A DNA stretch of 60,198 bases, counting the filler. It is 6 parts of 6 records of this genome, joined end to end, with 100 filler letters (N's around TTAATTAATTAA, not from the genome) between each part and the next. Parts side by side here need not be neighbours in the genome. Positions count along the whole stretch, not along the records: positions 1 to 20,461 come from SRR2962707_429; 5 more parts are not named here. The stretch is one strand, 5' to 3'. Each line of letters starts with the position of its first letter. Within the stretch, counting starts at the first letter, position 1. The notes under the pieces are model-generated. The model did not search any database. It was not told the origin of the DNA and saw only the letters and a program-made list of their open reading frames with translations. Below, one piece after another: positions 1 to 10,318 of the stretch. The position numbers were made by a program, and so were the translations under genes.

Positions 1-26
1 CACTGGTTCGAGTCCAGTTCCCGCTA
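1..26 (+). tRNA. 3' fragment of a tRNA (T-arm plus acceptor 3' strand), probably initiator tRNA-fMet; truncated by window start
   Basis: ACTGG-TTCGAGT-CCAGT T-stem/loop followed by TCCCGCT-A, resembling Bacteroidetes tRNA-fMet 3' ends. No encoded CCA. Anticodon not visible, so identity is inferred. Confidence 0.8.
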
Positions 27-37
27 CTAGAAAAGAT

Positions 38-68
38 AAGGCTTTCGAGAAATCGGGAGCCTTTTTTT
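38..68 (+). terminator. Intrinsic terminator after tRNA
   Basis: AAGGCTTTCGA-GAAA-TCGGGAGCCTT hairpin followed by a T run. Confidence 0.8.
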
Positions 69-145
69 ATTTCATATAGTACAGAATTTTGGATCCTGGA
101 TCATTCCCAATTGTTGTAAAATTAATTATCCCCCATCCAACTCCT

Positions 146-178
146 ATTGGGATTAAATTTATAAAACCTGTAAATTTG
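146..178 (+). promoter_or_regulatory. Candidate Bacteroidetes sigma-A promoter (-33 TTG / -7 TAAATTTG)
   Basis: TAAATTTG at 171-178 matches TAnnTTTG; ATTG lies 21 nt upstream; 13 nt before the ATG at 192. Confidence 0.5.
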
Positions 179-191
179 AAGAAAAAGTACT

Positions 192-818
192 ATGAAGAAA
201 AAGCATATGGGATTTGGGGGACTTATACTCATTCTTGGATTGTTTGTACTTAAACCTTTGCTCACCAACAGTATTAAAAAATATAGGTATGAGAATGAAA
301 TTCTTCCTATCCGAAAAGGAATAAAAGAGCGTATAAAGCGAGAACAACAAAGTTTCCCTGGCACTAAGGGAATTATTTATTCCCTCTCTACTTTTCCTAA
401 TCCTGAGATTGCTTATGTAACAGGCTATCAAGAAAAAAAAAATAGCGCGCTCCCCTATTTTGATTTGACAGTTGAAACTCCTTTAGGACATAGAACTTTT
501 TCAAGAGATACTACCATTGGGCAAGTGGTAGGAATTTTAATAAACCATCATGACTCTATCCCTGATGAAGATAAAAACCGCATTTTTAATATTTATTACA
601 AACTTGGTACTGATTTAATTGATAAAGAAATAAATCGTTCCGTAAGTATAATGAGAGTATATTTAAAGGACTCTTTATATGATGCCGTATTTATTGCTAA
701 TACCTTCACTAAGAATTTCAATAGTAAATCTAATGAATTAGCCAGAAAGCGACTCAAACGTATTGAGAAAGAATTAGGCACAATCAAGACTCAATATTAT
801 CAGCAGACCATTAAATAA
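192..818 (+). CDS. Hypothetical protein with N-terminal hydrophobic segment
   Basis: 208-aa ORF in AT-rich DNA, N-terminal TM/signal stretch, upstream promoter-like motif; no recognisable family. Confidence 0.65.
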   Translation: MKKKHMGFGGLILILGLFVLKPLLTNSIKKYRYENEILPIRKGIKERIKREQQSFPGTKGIIYSLSTFPNPEIAYVTGYQEKKNSALPYFDLTVETPLGHRTFSRDTTIGQVVGILINHHDSIPDEDKNRIFNIYYKLGTDLIDKEINRSVSIMRVYLKDSLYDAVFIANTFTKNFNSKSNELARKRLKRIEKELGTIKTQYYQQTIK

Positions 819-845
819 TCCCCCTATAAATTCTTTCTAAGACTT

Positions 846-1493
846 TTAATTCAAGCTAAAAACAACCCCTCCTCCAAGACTAAATTGATAAAATGTAGAG
901 TATGTTACTACGGTTGCTTGGGGTCCATATCCATCAAAATAAAATCCACCACCAGCTCCCTGAACTGCTGAGAGCAATTGCGCTTGCATCCGAATTCCAA
1001 AATAGTCGTTCATCCAAAAAATCCCTCCTAATTTAGCTCCCCAACTAAATTTTGTTGCATCAGAGCTTCTTCCATTATCTGGATTGTCTAAGTTTGCTAT
1101 TACCATTCCCGCCATTAATCCTCCATATCCTTGGAATTGAGAACTAGGTCTCGAAAAATAACGATTTGCACCCAACATTAAGTAATTTATCCCTAAATCA
1201 AAATTGGTATATTGCTCTCTTATCGTATTGTAAGTTTGATACCAAGTTGGTGAATTTGTATCCTGACGTAAATAAGTAAATTCAAACCCCATATACGGAC
1301 TCGGTTTATATTCCAGTCCTCCACCCCATTGAAAGCCTCCTTTTATTTTTCCTTCGTAATAAGCCTGATAATCATAATACGAATCGAAACTATCATCAAA
1401 AGCATAACTTCCATAAAAGTTAACATAAATATCTTGAGCTTGAGCGCTACCAATTCCTAAAAACAAAACCAATAGATAAAAGAATTTTTTCAT
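846..1493 (-). CDS. Outer membrane beta-barrel protein
   Basis: Signal peptide (AQA|Q), alternating aromatic/Gly beta-strands, C-terminal strand GGGVVFSLN. Confidence 0.8.
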   Translation of the reverse strand: MKKFFYLLVLFLGIGSAQAQDIYVNFYGSYAFDDSFDSYYDYQAYYEGKIKGGFQWGGGLEYKPSPYMGFEFTYLRQDTNSPTWYQTYNTIREQYTNFDLGINYLMLGANRYFSRPSSQFQGYGGLMAGMVIANLDNPDNGRSSDATKFSWGAKLGGIFWMNDYFGIRMQAQLLSAVQGAGGGFYFDGYGPQATVVTYSTFYQFSLGGGVVFSLN

Positions 1494-1532
1494 TATTATT
1501 TTTTTTAATTACTACCTATTATATAATTCAAT

Positions 1533-2588
1533 TTACTTTTTCTTTATTCCGAAGCGATAATTTGCCGATAGCATAATTTGGTTTCTCCCTTTTCCAACCC
1601 CAGTTTCAAGACGATACCACCAACGTTTTCCATGGTTATACTGAACCCCTAATTGTAAAGACACATGCCCTAAAGGCTCTTTCTCAAACTGATAGCCCAA
1701 TGTTCTATCTCCGGGTGTTCTTCCTTCCAGCCAGTCGTCAATTTCTTTTACAATTTGATTTACAACTACCTTTTGAGCTGGTTTCAAACCATCATACCAA
1801 TTATTTGCTGTATCTGAAATATCATTTTTTATTTCTTGGATTTTCCCTTTATCAACCTTAGAAAACATATCACTTATGCGAAGCTCGCCAGATGAATCTC
1901 TTGCCAAATATTGATGTTGAGCTCCTATACTAAAATTAATATTATGAAACCGTTTATGAAATCCGAAACTACGGCCTACACGAAAAGAAGTAACTGTTCC
2001 GAATACCTTATCGTCTAAAGAACTTACATCCGACCAAGTTGCATTGAAATTCAAAATAGCAAAATAATTTCCTGCTCCATATGCCAAAACAGTTCCCAAT
2101 CCATAAGTATCTGCAGTGGGATTAGTTGGGATATCTAATTCGAAAGGGTTTGTTAACTTTATGGCGTTATTGCTTTCTGAATGCGCATATAAGCCATATA
2201 CATTTAAGAAGGGAAACAACCAAGCTTCTAATCGTACGTTTACAACATTTGCAGTATTTTCAAAAGTTTCAAACTCCAAAAAATCCATATCTACAAATTC
2301 GGAGTCGTCCAATCTCAACGCTATATTATCAATATTTAATTTAGTGTCTTGAGCAATATAATTTACCATTATCCCAAAAGGAAGTGGCAAATCATGACCT
2401 GTTTTCTGGACTCTGTCTCCATAAATAGGTAAAACATAAGGGTAATCATGACTCATCAAACTGTCTCTATAAGCTTGATCTATCTTCCGAATAGCTAAAT
2501 CTTGCCCAAAAACATCATTACAATTTACTATTGCAACAATCAATAGTAACCCTATCTTAAAAAAAAAGTCTTTTTTGATATACCTCAT
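1533..2588 (-). CDS. Putative outer membrane protein (hypothetical)
   Basis: Signal peptide, LPLPFG motif, amphipathic beta-strands, C-terminal SANYRF. Confidence 0.7.
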   Translation of the reverse strand: MRYIKKDFFFKIGLLLIVAIVNCNDVFGQDLAIRKIDQAYRDSLMSHDYPYVLPIYGDRVQKTGHDLPLPFGIMVNYIAQDTKLNIDNIALRLDDSEFVDMDFLEFETFENTANVVNVRLEAWLFPFLNVYGLYAHSESNNAIKLTNPFELDIPTNPTADTYGLGTVLAYGAGNYFAILNFNATWSDVSSLDDKVFGTVTSFRVGRSFGFHKRFHNINFSIGAQHQYLARDSSGELRISDMFSKVDKGKIQEIKNDISDTANNWYDGLKPAQKVVVNQIVKEIDDWLEGRTPGDRTLGYQFEKEPLGHVSLQLGVQYNHGKRWWYRLETGVGKGRNQIMLSANYRFGIKKK

Positions 2589-2754
2589 ATATTATATTTT
2601 TACAGGAAAAATAACAGAACCAGTAATCCATTGTATAAAACCTCTCCTATAATAATATCTCCGTTTAAACAAAACTGAGAAAAATTTAAAATGAATATTT
2701 ATCCTTTATTTCAAACTTGAAATATTATCCTTACTCTTCTAAAGCATTAATTTC

Positions 2755-3372
2755 TTACGCCTTATTATTCTCTTTATGTATGGCATCAATCATATACTTT
2801 TCCAAAGTACCATCTCTCCCAAAGCTGTTTAAAGAATTCATTGCATCTTTCATAGAAATTGGGATAAACTCTATATCTACCTTGGCTATAAAACGTATTT
2901 CTCCTGCATCCATTCTGGGAGCATCTGGAACATAAACACTAAAAAAACCATCTTTATAACTAGTAATAAAAGCTATTCGGTAGAAGATATCTTCTTTTAA
3001 AAGAATGGATTTCCAATTATCATCATCTTTTTTTGCTGGCTTATCTCCAAGCAATCTATACTTCAACATTTGCAAACTTGGAAAAAGTAAAAACAATTTA
3101 TCCTCAACTTTTTGCCCCCAATCATTCACAAGTCCTTTCTGCACTAGATATCCACTTAGATAGCAAATAAAAACTAAAATTGCTACTGTAAATATGGTTA
3201 CTGTAGCAGCTCCAAAAACAGAATGAATATTAAAAATATCAACCAATTTTCTACCTAAAGGTGTAGCAAGCTTGATAGCATGTGTAATTAGAACAATAAA
3301 AATGAGTAAGGGAATTAGAAAAAATATCCCTCCTAATATTACAGCATTAGTAGATTTATTAAATATTTTCAT
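2755..3372 (-). CDS. DUF502-like membrane protein
   Basis: Two N-terminal TM helices (GGIFFLIPL...), C-terminal VYVPDAP...GEI motif typical of DUF502. Confidence 0.7.
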   Translation of the reverse strand: MKIFNKSTNAVILGGIFFLIPLLIFIVLITHAIKLATPLGRKLVDIFNIHSVFGAATVTIFTVAILVFICYLSGYLVQKGLVNDWGQKVEDKLFLLFPSLQMLKYRLLGDKPAKKDDDNWKSILLKEDIFYRIAFITSYKDGFFSVYVPDAPRMDAGEIRFIAKVDIEFIPISMKDAMNSLNSFGRDGTLEKYMIDAIHKENNKA

Positions 3373-3420
3373 AGTGTTTCAAGCTAAGTGATTATTTACC
3401 TTTCTAATACCTCCAAAAAT

Positions 3421-4213
3421 CTACATAAACTGTAAATTAATCCCCGTAAATACTTGAAAAATTGGCTGAGTTCCTGCTGTTAGCATAGAATATTGCGGTT
3501 CTATAAAACAATTAATCATTGTATCATTAAGTTTAATAACTTTTCCTATCCCCAACGCTATTGGCACACTGTACGCATCATTTTTAATATCGAAATACCA
3601 AATTGGAGCTCCTCTTAAATACAATCCTTTACCTAATTGCCAAAAGTAAAAAGGTTGGAATGCTGCATTATTAGTGCTTTCTCTATCACTTTGTCCAGCA
3701 AATGAGGTTTGCCAAGTAACTAAAGCTCCATATTGGAAAATTGGAGATTTAGCAAAGAAAGCAACAAAAGCAAAACCTGCTTGCCATTTCCCTGTACCTA
3801 AGGCTTGATTAGTTGAAGTTGGTGCTGTTATTAAAGGCCCTGCACCCATAGTAGTTGTAGGGTTTGAAACAAAATTATAGGACATAAATGCATTCATATC
3901 TCCTAAACCATTTAATGTTTTTACATTTCCATTTACTTCGGGTAATCCAATAGTACTTATAGGAGTGGATACTCTTAGTAATAATTTCCCGCCAGAAAGC
4001 GGTTTTAGCAAAGCGTACCCATGCAGTATTCATATATGCATCGTCTGGAGCATTTGACAATTTTGGCATGTAATAATCGTGAAAGTTCAGCGCAGTCATA
4101 TTTGCAAGCGGATTGTTTGCTTGCGCCGCATTCCCCTCTGCTTCTTGAGAAAAAACTGAAATGCTTATTAAAAAGCACATAAATAAGCACACTCTTATTC
4201 TTAATGTTTTCAT
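3421..4213 (-). pseudogene. Frameshifted outer-membrane/transporter-like protein (ANNPLA family)
   Basis: N-terminal half (signal peptide, AAQANNPLA) and C-terminal half (GLGD...GTGKWQAG...INLQF) join if one T of the TTTT run at 4003-4006 is removed, giving ...WVRFAKPLSGGKLL; may be a sequencing error. Confidence 0.75.
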
Positions 4214-4270
4214 AACGAATTTAGATTAAGTAAAATTAACTGAAGGATTTATAGGGGGGATAATCTATAT

Positions 4271-4278
4271 CAAAAATA
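4271..4278 (-). promoter_or_regulatory. Candidate Bacteroidetes -7 promoter element (TATTTTTG)
   Basis: TAnnTTTG match about 60 nt upstream of the 4213 start codon. Confidence 0.4.
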
Positions 4279-4324
4279 CAATAATATTTCTATAAAAATG
4301 ATTTAGATGAAAAATAGATTTATT

Positions 4325-4615
4325 TTATTCATACAATTGTAATCTGTTTCTTAAATATTGAAGCTCTTCATTCATGCTTTCTACCCGATTTAACAAGTGG
4401 GAAATAGCTTCCAAGCCTTCTAAGTTTATTCCTAAATCTTGATGCAGACGCACCATTTTTTCTAGTTTAAGGAAATGATGTTCTGTAATCAAATTCCTAC
4501 CTCCTTCTTTTTTAATTTGAATGATTTTTGCCTCAATAAAATGCGACACAAAAACTTCATCTACTTGATAATTCTTACAAAAATCGTGAATACTAATTCT
4601 ATATTTTGTCTCCAT
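4325..4615 (-). CDS. cbpM: Chaperone modulator CbpM (MerR-like HTH)
   Basis: RLHQDLGINLEG motif; directly downstream of cbpA. Confidence 0.85.
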   Translation of the reverse strand: METKYRISIHDFCKNYQVDEVFVSHFIEAKIIQIKKEGGRNLITEHHFLKLEKMVRLHQDLGINLEGLEAISHLLNRVESMNEELQYLRNRLQLYE

Positions 4616-4626
4616 AACTTACCACA

Positions 4627-5529
4627 TTAAAGATCTGTCTTTTTCAATTCCTCAAAAAGTTCCCTTTGTTTTTCGGTAAGATTTGAAGGTAAATCTATCT
4701 GATAGGTAATATATAAATCTCCAAAACTCCCCTCCTTTTTATACTCAGGGAAACCCTTTCCTTTCAATTTAACTTGTTGTCCGTTTTGAACTCCGGGTGC
4801 TACTTTTAATTTAACTTTTCCATCAAAGGTTTCTGCTGTAATTTCTCCTCCTAAAACGGCAGTTGTTAAGTTTATTAGAACTGTTTTATAAAGATTTGCT
4901 TTCTCTCTCTTAAAAGGAGTATTATTTATAATTGAAAATGTAATATAAAGGTCGCCATTTGGACCGCCATTACTTCCAGTAGCTCCATGCCCTTTTATTT
5001 TTATTGTCTGTCCGTTTTCAATCCCCGCAGGTATTGTTATTCGGATTTTCTTATTGTTAACGGTTAAAGTTTGTTTTTGAGAGGTATACACATCTCGTAG
5101 TTGCAATTGTAGTTCAGCATTAAAATCTTGACCACGAAAGGCTGTTTGCCTTCGCTGATTTCTAAAACCTCCTCCTCCAAACATCGATTCAAAAAAATCT
5201 GAAAAGTCTTCATCAGTAGCGCCTCCACTATAAGAATATGAATCTCCAGAGGCATATTGTTGACTCCTTTGCTGTTGAGTCTTCGCTTTTTCAAATTCTT
5301 CAGCATGCTGCCAATCTTTTCCGTACTCGTCGTATTTTTTACGCTTTTCTGGGTCGCTTAAAACCTCATTAGCTTCATTGAGTCTTTTAAATTTTAACTC
5401 AGCTTCTTTATTATTAGGATTTAAATCTGGATGGTATTTCCTTGCTTGTTTTCTATATGCCTTTTTTATTTCGGCTGTAGTAGCACTTTTATCAATTTCT
5501 AAAATTTTGTAATAATCAATAAATTCCAT
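4627..5529 (-). CDS. cbpA: DnaJ-class chaperone CbpA (no zinc finger)
   Basis: J domain with HPD, G/F region, DnaJ C-terminal domain. Confidence 0.9.
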   Translation of the reverse strand: MEFIDYYKILEIDKSATTAEIKKAYRKQARKYHPDLNPNNKEAELKFKRLNEANEVLSDPEKRKKYDEYGKDWQHAEEFEKAKTQQQRSQQYASGDSYSYSGGATDEDFSDFFESMFGGGGFRNQRRQTAFRGQDFNAELQLQLRDVYTSQKQTLTVNNKKIRITIPAGIENGQTIKIKGHGATGSNGGPNGDLYITFSIINNTPFKREKANLYKTVLINLTTAVLGGEITAETFDGKVKLKVAPGVQNGQQVKLKGKGFPEYKKEGSFGDLYITYQIDLPSNLTEKQRELFEELKKTDL

Positions 5530-5609
5530 ACTTCCGAGAAGATTAATTTTGAAATTACGCTAAATGTGTAACTTAAATTTACGGATTTATTTTGAATCTA
5601 GAAATCCTA

Positions 5610-6206
5610 TTAATCAGTATTGAATTTAATTTTGTATGCCCGCTTATATGTTTCAACAGTATCAATATCTATTACCAAATCATCAGCTTGAAAGGTTTCT
5701 ACATCTTGAAAGTGAGATTTTATAATATGTTTTGCACCAGTATCTGTATCCAACTTCTTTAAATCCTCAAAATATTCAGCAGAAAAAATTGCAGGCACCC
5801 CTACACTTCCAGCAAAGCGAGAAGCTATAATATTTTTTTCTCCTGAATTAAAACTATTTATTAATTCTTTTAAATAATAAGAAGTTACAAAAGGCTGATC
5901 TGCCAACATAATTAATACCCCATCAAAATCTAATTTTTGAAGCGTTCCAACCCCAAAAGCAATAGAACTTCCAAGGCCTTGCTCCCAATCTTTATGGTAT
6001 AAAGCTTCCGCATTCAAAGTTATTTTTTGCTGAATTAACTCGGCATTAGCTCCCAAAACCACAAATGATGATGCATTTTCCACATTTACAGCTGTAGAAA
6101 CTGCATTTTCTAATAATGTTTCTTTGCCCCATTTCAAGAGTTGCTTAGGAGTTCCCATTCTTTTGGAAGCCCCTGCACTTAGAATTAAAATAGCTACTTT
6201 TTTCAT
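5610..6206 (-). CDS. mocA: Molybdenum cofactor cytidylyltransferase-like nucleotidyltransferase
   Basis: LSAGASKRMGTPKQLL, DQP and DIDT motifs; adjacent to xdhC. Confidence 0.8.
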   Translation of the reverse strand: MKKVAILILSAGASKRMGTPKQLLKWGKETLLENAVSTAVNVENASSFVVLGANAELIQQKITLNAEALYHKDWEQGLGSSIAFGVGTLQKLDFDGVLIMLADQPFVTSYYLKELINSFNSGEKNIIASRFAGSVGVPAIFSAEYFEDLKKLDTDTGAKHIIKSHFQDVETFQADDLVIDIDTVETYKRAYKIKFNTD

Positions 6207-6222
6207 TGAAAAGCTTTAAAAC

Positions 6223-7260
6223 CTATATTTCTTTTTCTTCAGAATGTATTCTTCCTTTTTTGTCTTTCAACAAATAAACTTCCTCTTTTCTTACTACAGC
6301 CAATATTTCTGCAATAATAGAAACTGCTATTTCCTGAGGGGTTTCTGCTCCAATATTAATTCCTGCTGGGGCATGGATCTTTTCAAAAAATAATGAATCT
6401 ATAGCTGGATTATGCTCTAATATTTCTTGAAAAAGCTTTTCTCTACGTCTAGCTGGTCCTAAAATTCCGAGATATTTTAAATTTAAATCTGTTAACCTTA
6501 AAAGGTATTGTAAATCTTTGGAATAACTATGCGTCATTAAAACAACCGCAGTTTCCTTATCTATTATATTTTGGTTGAATGTTTGCGGACTCACATTTTC
6601 TATATGCTTTGCTCCAGGGAAATTTAATAAAGTTTTTGGGTCGCTCTCAGGGGCAACTATAGTTACTTCCCAACCATTTAATGACGCTAGAACACCTAAT
6701 TGAACCGCATCATGCTCGGCGCCAATAAGTACTAATTTTAAGGACGGTTTTAATTTTTGATTAAAAACTTCTAAACCTTCCTTAACCTTATTGTCTTTAT
6801 TATCCTCATTTAAATAAAACTGATTTTCATCATCAAAAACAACACAAGAACCAAAATTTACATTCTCCTCATCTGTCCTTTTAAAATATGAAGTAATGTA
6901 AAATGCTTGTCTATTATCCAATACTTTTTCAAAAGCTTGTAAGAAATGTTTTTGTAATGATAAAGGTTCTATTAATATATATAAAATCCCTTCGCAACCT
7001 AATCGGTAACGCCCATCATATGTCATTATTTTAGGAATTCGGGTAGTAAAAACCGACTGACTCTGACGAAGAATTTCTTTTTCAACACATCCGCCACTAA
7101 CTGCGCCTGTCATTTTACCATCTTCTCGAATAAGCATTCTAACGCCAGGCCTCCTATACGACGAGCCTTCCATAGCTACTACAGTTGCTAAAACCGACTT
7201 TAAGTTTTTCGATTTCGCCTTTAAATAACTTTCTATTATTTGCTTAAATTCATGCGTCAT
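6223..7260 (-). CDS. xdhC: XdhC/CoxI family molybdoenzyme maturation factor
   Basis: GSSYRRPG, GAVSGGCVE, GCEG, GAETPQEIAVSI motifs. Confidence 0.9.
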   Translation of the reverse strand: MTHEFKQIIESYLKAKSKNLKSVLATVVAMEGSSYRRPGVRMLIREDGKMTGAVSGGCVEKEILRQSQSVFTTRIPKIMTYDGRYRLGCEGILYILIEPLSLQKHFLQAFEKVLDNRQAFYITSYFKRTDEENVNFGSCVVFDDENQFYLNEDNKDNKVKEGLEVFNQKLKPSLKLVLIGAEHDAVQLGVLASLNGWEVTIVAPESDPKTLLNFPGAKHIENVSPQTFNQNIIDKETAVVLMTHSYSKDLQYLLRLTDLNLKYLGILGPARRREKLFQEILEHNPAIDSLFFEKIHAPAGINIGAETPQEIAVSIIAEILAVVRKEEVYLLKDKKGRIHSEEKEI

Positions 7261-7266
7261 AACACA

Positions 7267-8457
7267 TTATCTGGTTGCTATAAATGGAGCCACTTCTTCT
7301 TTTTTATACAATTCTTTATTTGGAGAAAGTGCTATAAATCCATCTGTATGTGCTAAGCTCATTAAATCTCCAGAACCATTCTCTTTTATTGGAAAAGCAT
7401 ACGTAATTCCATTTTTACTTTCAATTTTTACTCTAACAAAAAGGGTTAATTTTGTAGGGTTAAAAAAATCTTCTCCTAGAACAATATTTTCTTTTTCGTT
7501 CTCTATTCCAAGCGACTCATAAAGCCAATCTTTAAAATACACATAATAATTAGCAAAGGTAGAAACAGGGTTTCCAGGAAATGAAAAAACAACGGTGTTT
7601 GTTTCTTTATGGATTCCAAACCAAAAAGGTTTTCCTGGCCTTTGGGCAACCCGATGAAATATTTTTTCTACCCCCAACTCTTCAAAAGCTTCGGGGATAA
7701 AATCAAATTTCCCTTTAGACACTCCACCACTCAACATTAAAACATTATTGGTGCGCAATAATTCATTTAAACCATTTTTTATTTCCTCCTTATCATCATT
7801 TAAATGTACATGCGTTGCTAGTATATTTTCTTCCTCTAACAAAGCATGCAGCGAAAGCATGTTTGAGTTTCTAATTTGATGTGGTTTGGGAGTTTCATGT
7901 ACTGCCACTAACTCATTTCCTGTTGATATTAAAGCAATTTTTGGTAACTTTTTAACCCTTACCTCTACTTTTCCTACGGAAGCTAAAATCCCAATCTCAG
8001 CAGCTGTAATTTTTGTATTCTTCATAATTACAACAGCGCCTTGCTCAACGTCGGTTCCTTGCCTGTGGATATTTTGTCCTTTTTTTATTTCTGAATTAAC
8101 AATTGCGCTTCCATTTTCAATAGTAATATCTTCATACATTACAACGGTATCTGCATTTTCTGGAAGCACCGCTCCCGTCATTATTTCCAAACAGTCATTA
8201 GTATTATTTAATTTTACTTTTGGAGTACCAGCTGCAATAATTCCCTGAATTTTAAATTGCTTTTTAGTGTTCTCTCCCGCTCCATAATTAATTGCAATTC
8301 CGTCTTTTGTAGCACGATGAAACGGAGGAAAATCTCGATCGGCTAAAATATCTTCAGCTAAAATTCTTCCTAAACTATTGGTAAAAAAAACATTCTCTTC
8401 TTCAAAAGAAAGTAGTTTTTCCATCACTTTTTTATGTGCTTCTTCAAAAGAAATCAT
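7267..8457 (-). CDS. moeA: Molybdopterin molybdenumtransferase
   Basis: PPFHRATKDG, IMTGA, STGNEL, SGGVSKG, PGKP, PGNPVS motifs. Confidence 0.95.
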   Translation of the reverse strand: MISFEEAHKKVMEKLLSFEEENVFFTNSLGRILAEDILADRDFPPFHRATKDGIAINYGAGENTKKQFKIQGIIAAGTPKVKLNNTNDCLEIMTGAVLPENADTVVMYEDITIENGSAIVNSEIKKGQNIHRQGTDVEQGAVVIMKNTKITAAEIGILASVGKVEVRVKKLPKIALISTGNELVAVHETPKPHQIRNSNMLSLHALLEEENILATHVHLNDDKEEIKNGLNELLRTNNVLMLSGGVSKGKFDFIPEAFEELGVEKIFHRVAQRPGKPFWFGIHKETNTVVFSFPGNPVSTFANYYVYFKDWLYESLGIENEKENIVLGEDFFNPTKLTLFVRVKIESKNGITYAFPIKENGSGDLMSLAHTDGFIALSPNKELYKKEEVAPFIATR

Positions 8458-8468
8458 ACCTTTTTTAT

Positions 8469-9257
8469 TTAAAAATCAATTAATCCAAGTCCGTTATTTA
8501 ATAAAACACGGACTCCTACAATAAACACTAAAATAGCTGTGAGTAATTTTATTCCACGACCACTTAATTTATTTAAACTAATTCGGATTCCTATTTGTCC
8601 TCCTATAAAAACCACTGCCAAAAGTACCAGCCCTTCCTTCCACGGAAAAACAAACATTCCGTTAGAAACTAAGCCTGCAACTCCAGAGATAGAATTTACC
8701 AAAATGAAAAAACTAGCTAAAGCTGCTATTTTGATAGACGATTCCCATCGCATGTGGTTTAAAATTGGGGCTAAAAATATTCCCCCTCCAATACCTACAA
8801 GTCCTGATAAAAATCCGATTCCAGCTCCCAAGATATAAGTTACCCAAATTGGATACTTCTTTGCTGTAAGCCTTGTTTTTCGTTGTCGTTCCTTTATACT
8901 TTGTGTAACTAATAAAATTGCAGAAGTCATTAAAGCCACTCCTAAAATGATAAAAAACACATATTCTTTAAGCCGAAAAGATGCCCCTATAAATGCTAGA
9001 GGAATACTAGTAGCCACAAACGGAATAAACTTTTTGACATCAAAATGTCCATTTTTGTAATACAGATAAGTACTCCCAGAAACCACAATTAAATTACACA
9101 CAAGCGCTACGGAACGGATTACAAAAAAGCTTGCAAAAAACAGGGTCAATAATGCTAAATAACTACTTCCCCCACCAAATCCTACCGAAGAATATAGCAC
9201 TGCAATTATAAAAAAACATAAGGCTAAAATACTAAGAGATTCAGGTGTTAACTGCAT
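8469..9257 (-). CDS. Sulfite exporter TauE/SafE family membrane protein
   Basis: VGFGGGSSY and GIGGGIFL repeats, about 8 TM segments. Confidence 0.85.
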   Translation of the reverse strand: MQLTPESLSILALCFFIIAVLYSSVGFGGGSSYLALLTLFFASFFVIRSVALVCNLIVVSGSTYLYYKNGHFDVKKFIPFVATSIPLAFIGASFRLKEYVFFIILGVALMTSAILLVTQSIKERQRKTRLTAKKYPIWVTYILGAGIGFLSGLVGIGGGIFLAPILNHMRWESSIKIAALASFFILVNSISGVAGLVSNGMFVFPWKEGLVLLAVVFIGGQIGIRISLNKLSGRGIKLLTAILVFIVGVRVLLNNGLGLIDF

Positions 9258-10314
9258 GTTTTAAATAATTATTTAAACCACCCTCTAATTCAAGGAAAGT
9301 GGTGTTTATTTTATCTTTTAATTGCACTAAGGCTTTTCCACTTCTAACGCCAGATTGACAAACTAAATACACAGGTTTAGAGCTATCAATTTCTGAAATT
9401 CTCTCGGAAAGTTCCTGCAAAGGGATGTTCTTCGAAGTATCAAAATGAAAATCTTCAAACTCTAAAGGGGTTCTTACGTCTATAATTTGAAGAGGTTTTT
9501 TCTGATTTAATAAAGTCGAAAAATCTTCCGCAGAAATTACAGCATCAACATCACAAGAAACATTTTCATAAGTTGCTTCTAGCGCTGTTCGTTTTAAATT
9601 TTCTTGTTGAGCGTCAAAAGTTATTTTTTGATATTGTTGACTTAATCCATCAAAAATAAGTAAGGTTCCCGACAATGGTTTTCCTATTCCAGTAATCACT
9701 TTTACTGCTTCTAAAGCTTGTAAATTTCCTATAATTCCGGGTACTATTCCCAAAACTCCATTTTCATTGCAATCTGGCATTTCTCCTTTGCTTGGCATGG
9801 TTGGAAATAAACAACGATATGTAGGCCCACTTTTGTAATTAAAAACACTTACCTGGCCTTCAAACTCGTGTAAAGCCCCATAAACAAAAGGCTTATTTAA
9901 CAACACACAAGCATCGTTAATTAAATACCGCGTTGGAAAATTATCGGTTGCATCTACAACAAGATCGTAATTTTTTATAATTTCTAATGCATTGTCCTTA
10001 TGTAAAAAAGTATCGTATGCATTGATTTTAGTTTCAGAATTCTGAGCCTCTAGTTTTTGCTTTATAACAGCTAACTTTGAGAGTCCAACATCTCCTTCTC
10101 CGTATATAACTTGTCGTTGTAAATTGGAAAGGTCTATGGTATCGCTTTCCACAATTCCTAAAACTCCAACTCCCATAGCGTTAAGGTATTGCAGTACAGG
10201 AACTCCTAATCCACCAGCACCAACCACTAAAACTTTGGCTTGTTTTAGTTTCTCTTGAGCTTTAACACCAAAACTCTTCAATACAGTTTGTCTTATGTAT
10301 CTATTAGCATTCAA
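9241..10314 (-). CDS. moeB: Molybdopterin synthase adenylyltransferase MoeB with C-terminal rhodanese domain (MoeZ-type)
   Basis: RYIRQ, GAGGLG, SNLQRQ, DNFPTRY; rhodanese CQSGVRS; TTG start. Confidence 0.9.
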   Translation of the reverse strand: MNANRYIRQTVLKSFGVKAQEKLKQAKVLVVGAGGLGVPVLQYLNAMGVGVLGIVESDTIDLSNLQRQVIYGEGDVGLSKLAVIKQKLEAQNSETKINAYDTFLHKDNALEIIKNYDLVVDATDNFPTRYLINDACVLLNKPFVYGALHEFEGQVSVFNYKSGPTYRCLFPTMPSKGEMPDCNENGVLGIVPGIIGNLQALEAVKVITGIGKPLSGTLLIFDGLSQQYQKITFDAQQENLKRTALEATYENVSCDVDAVISAEDFSTLLNQKKPLQIIDVRTPLEFEDFHFDTSKNIPLQELSERISEIDSSKPVYLVCQSGVRSGKALVQLKDKINTTFLELEGGLNNYLKHAVNT

Positions 10315-10318
10315 TTTC

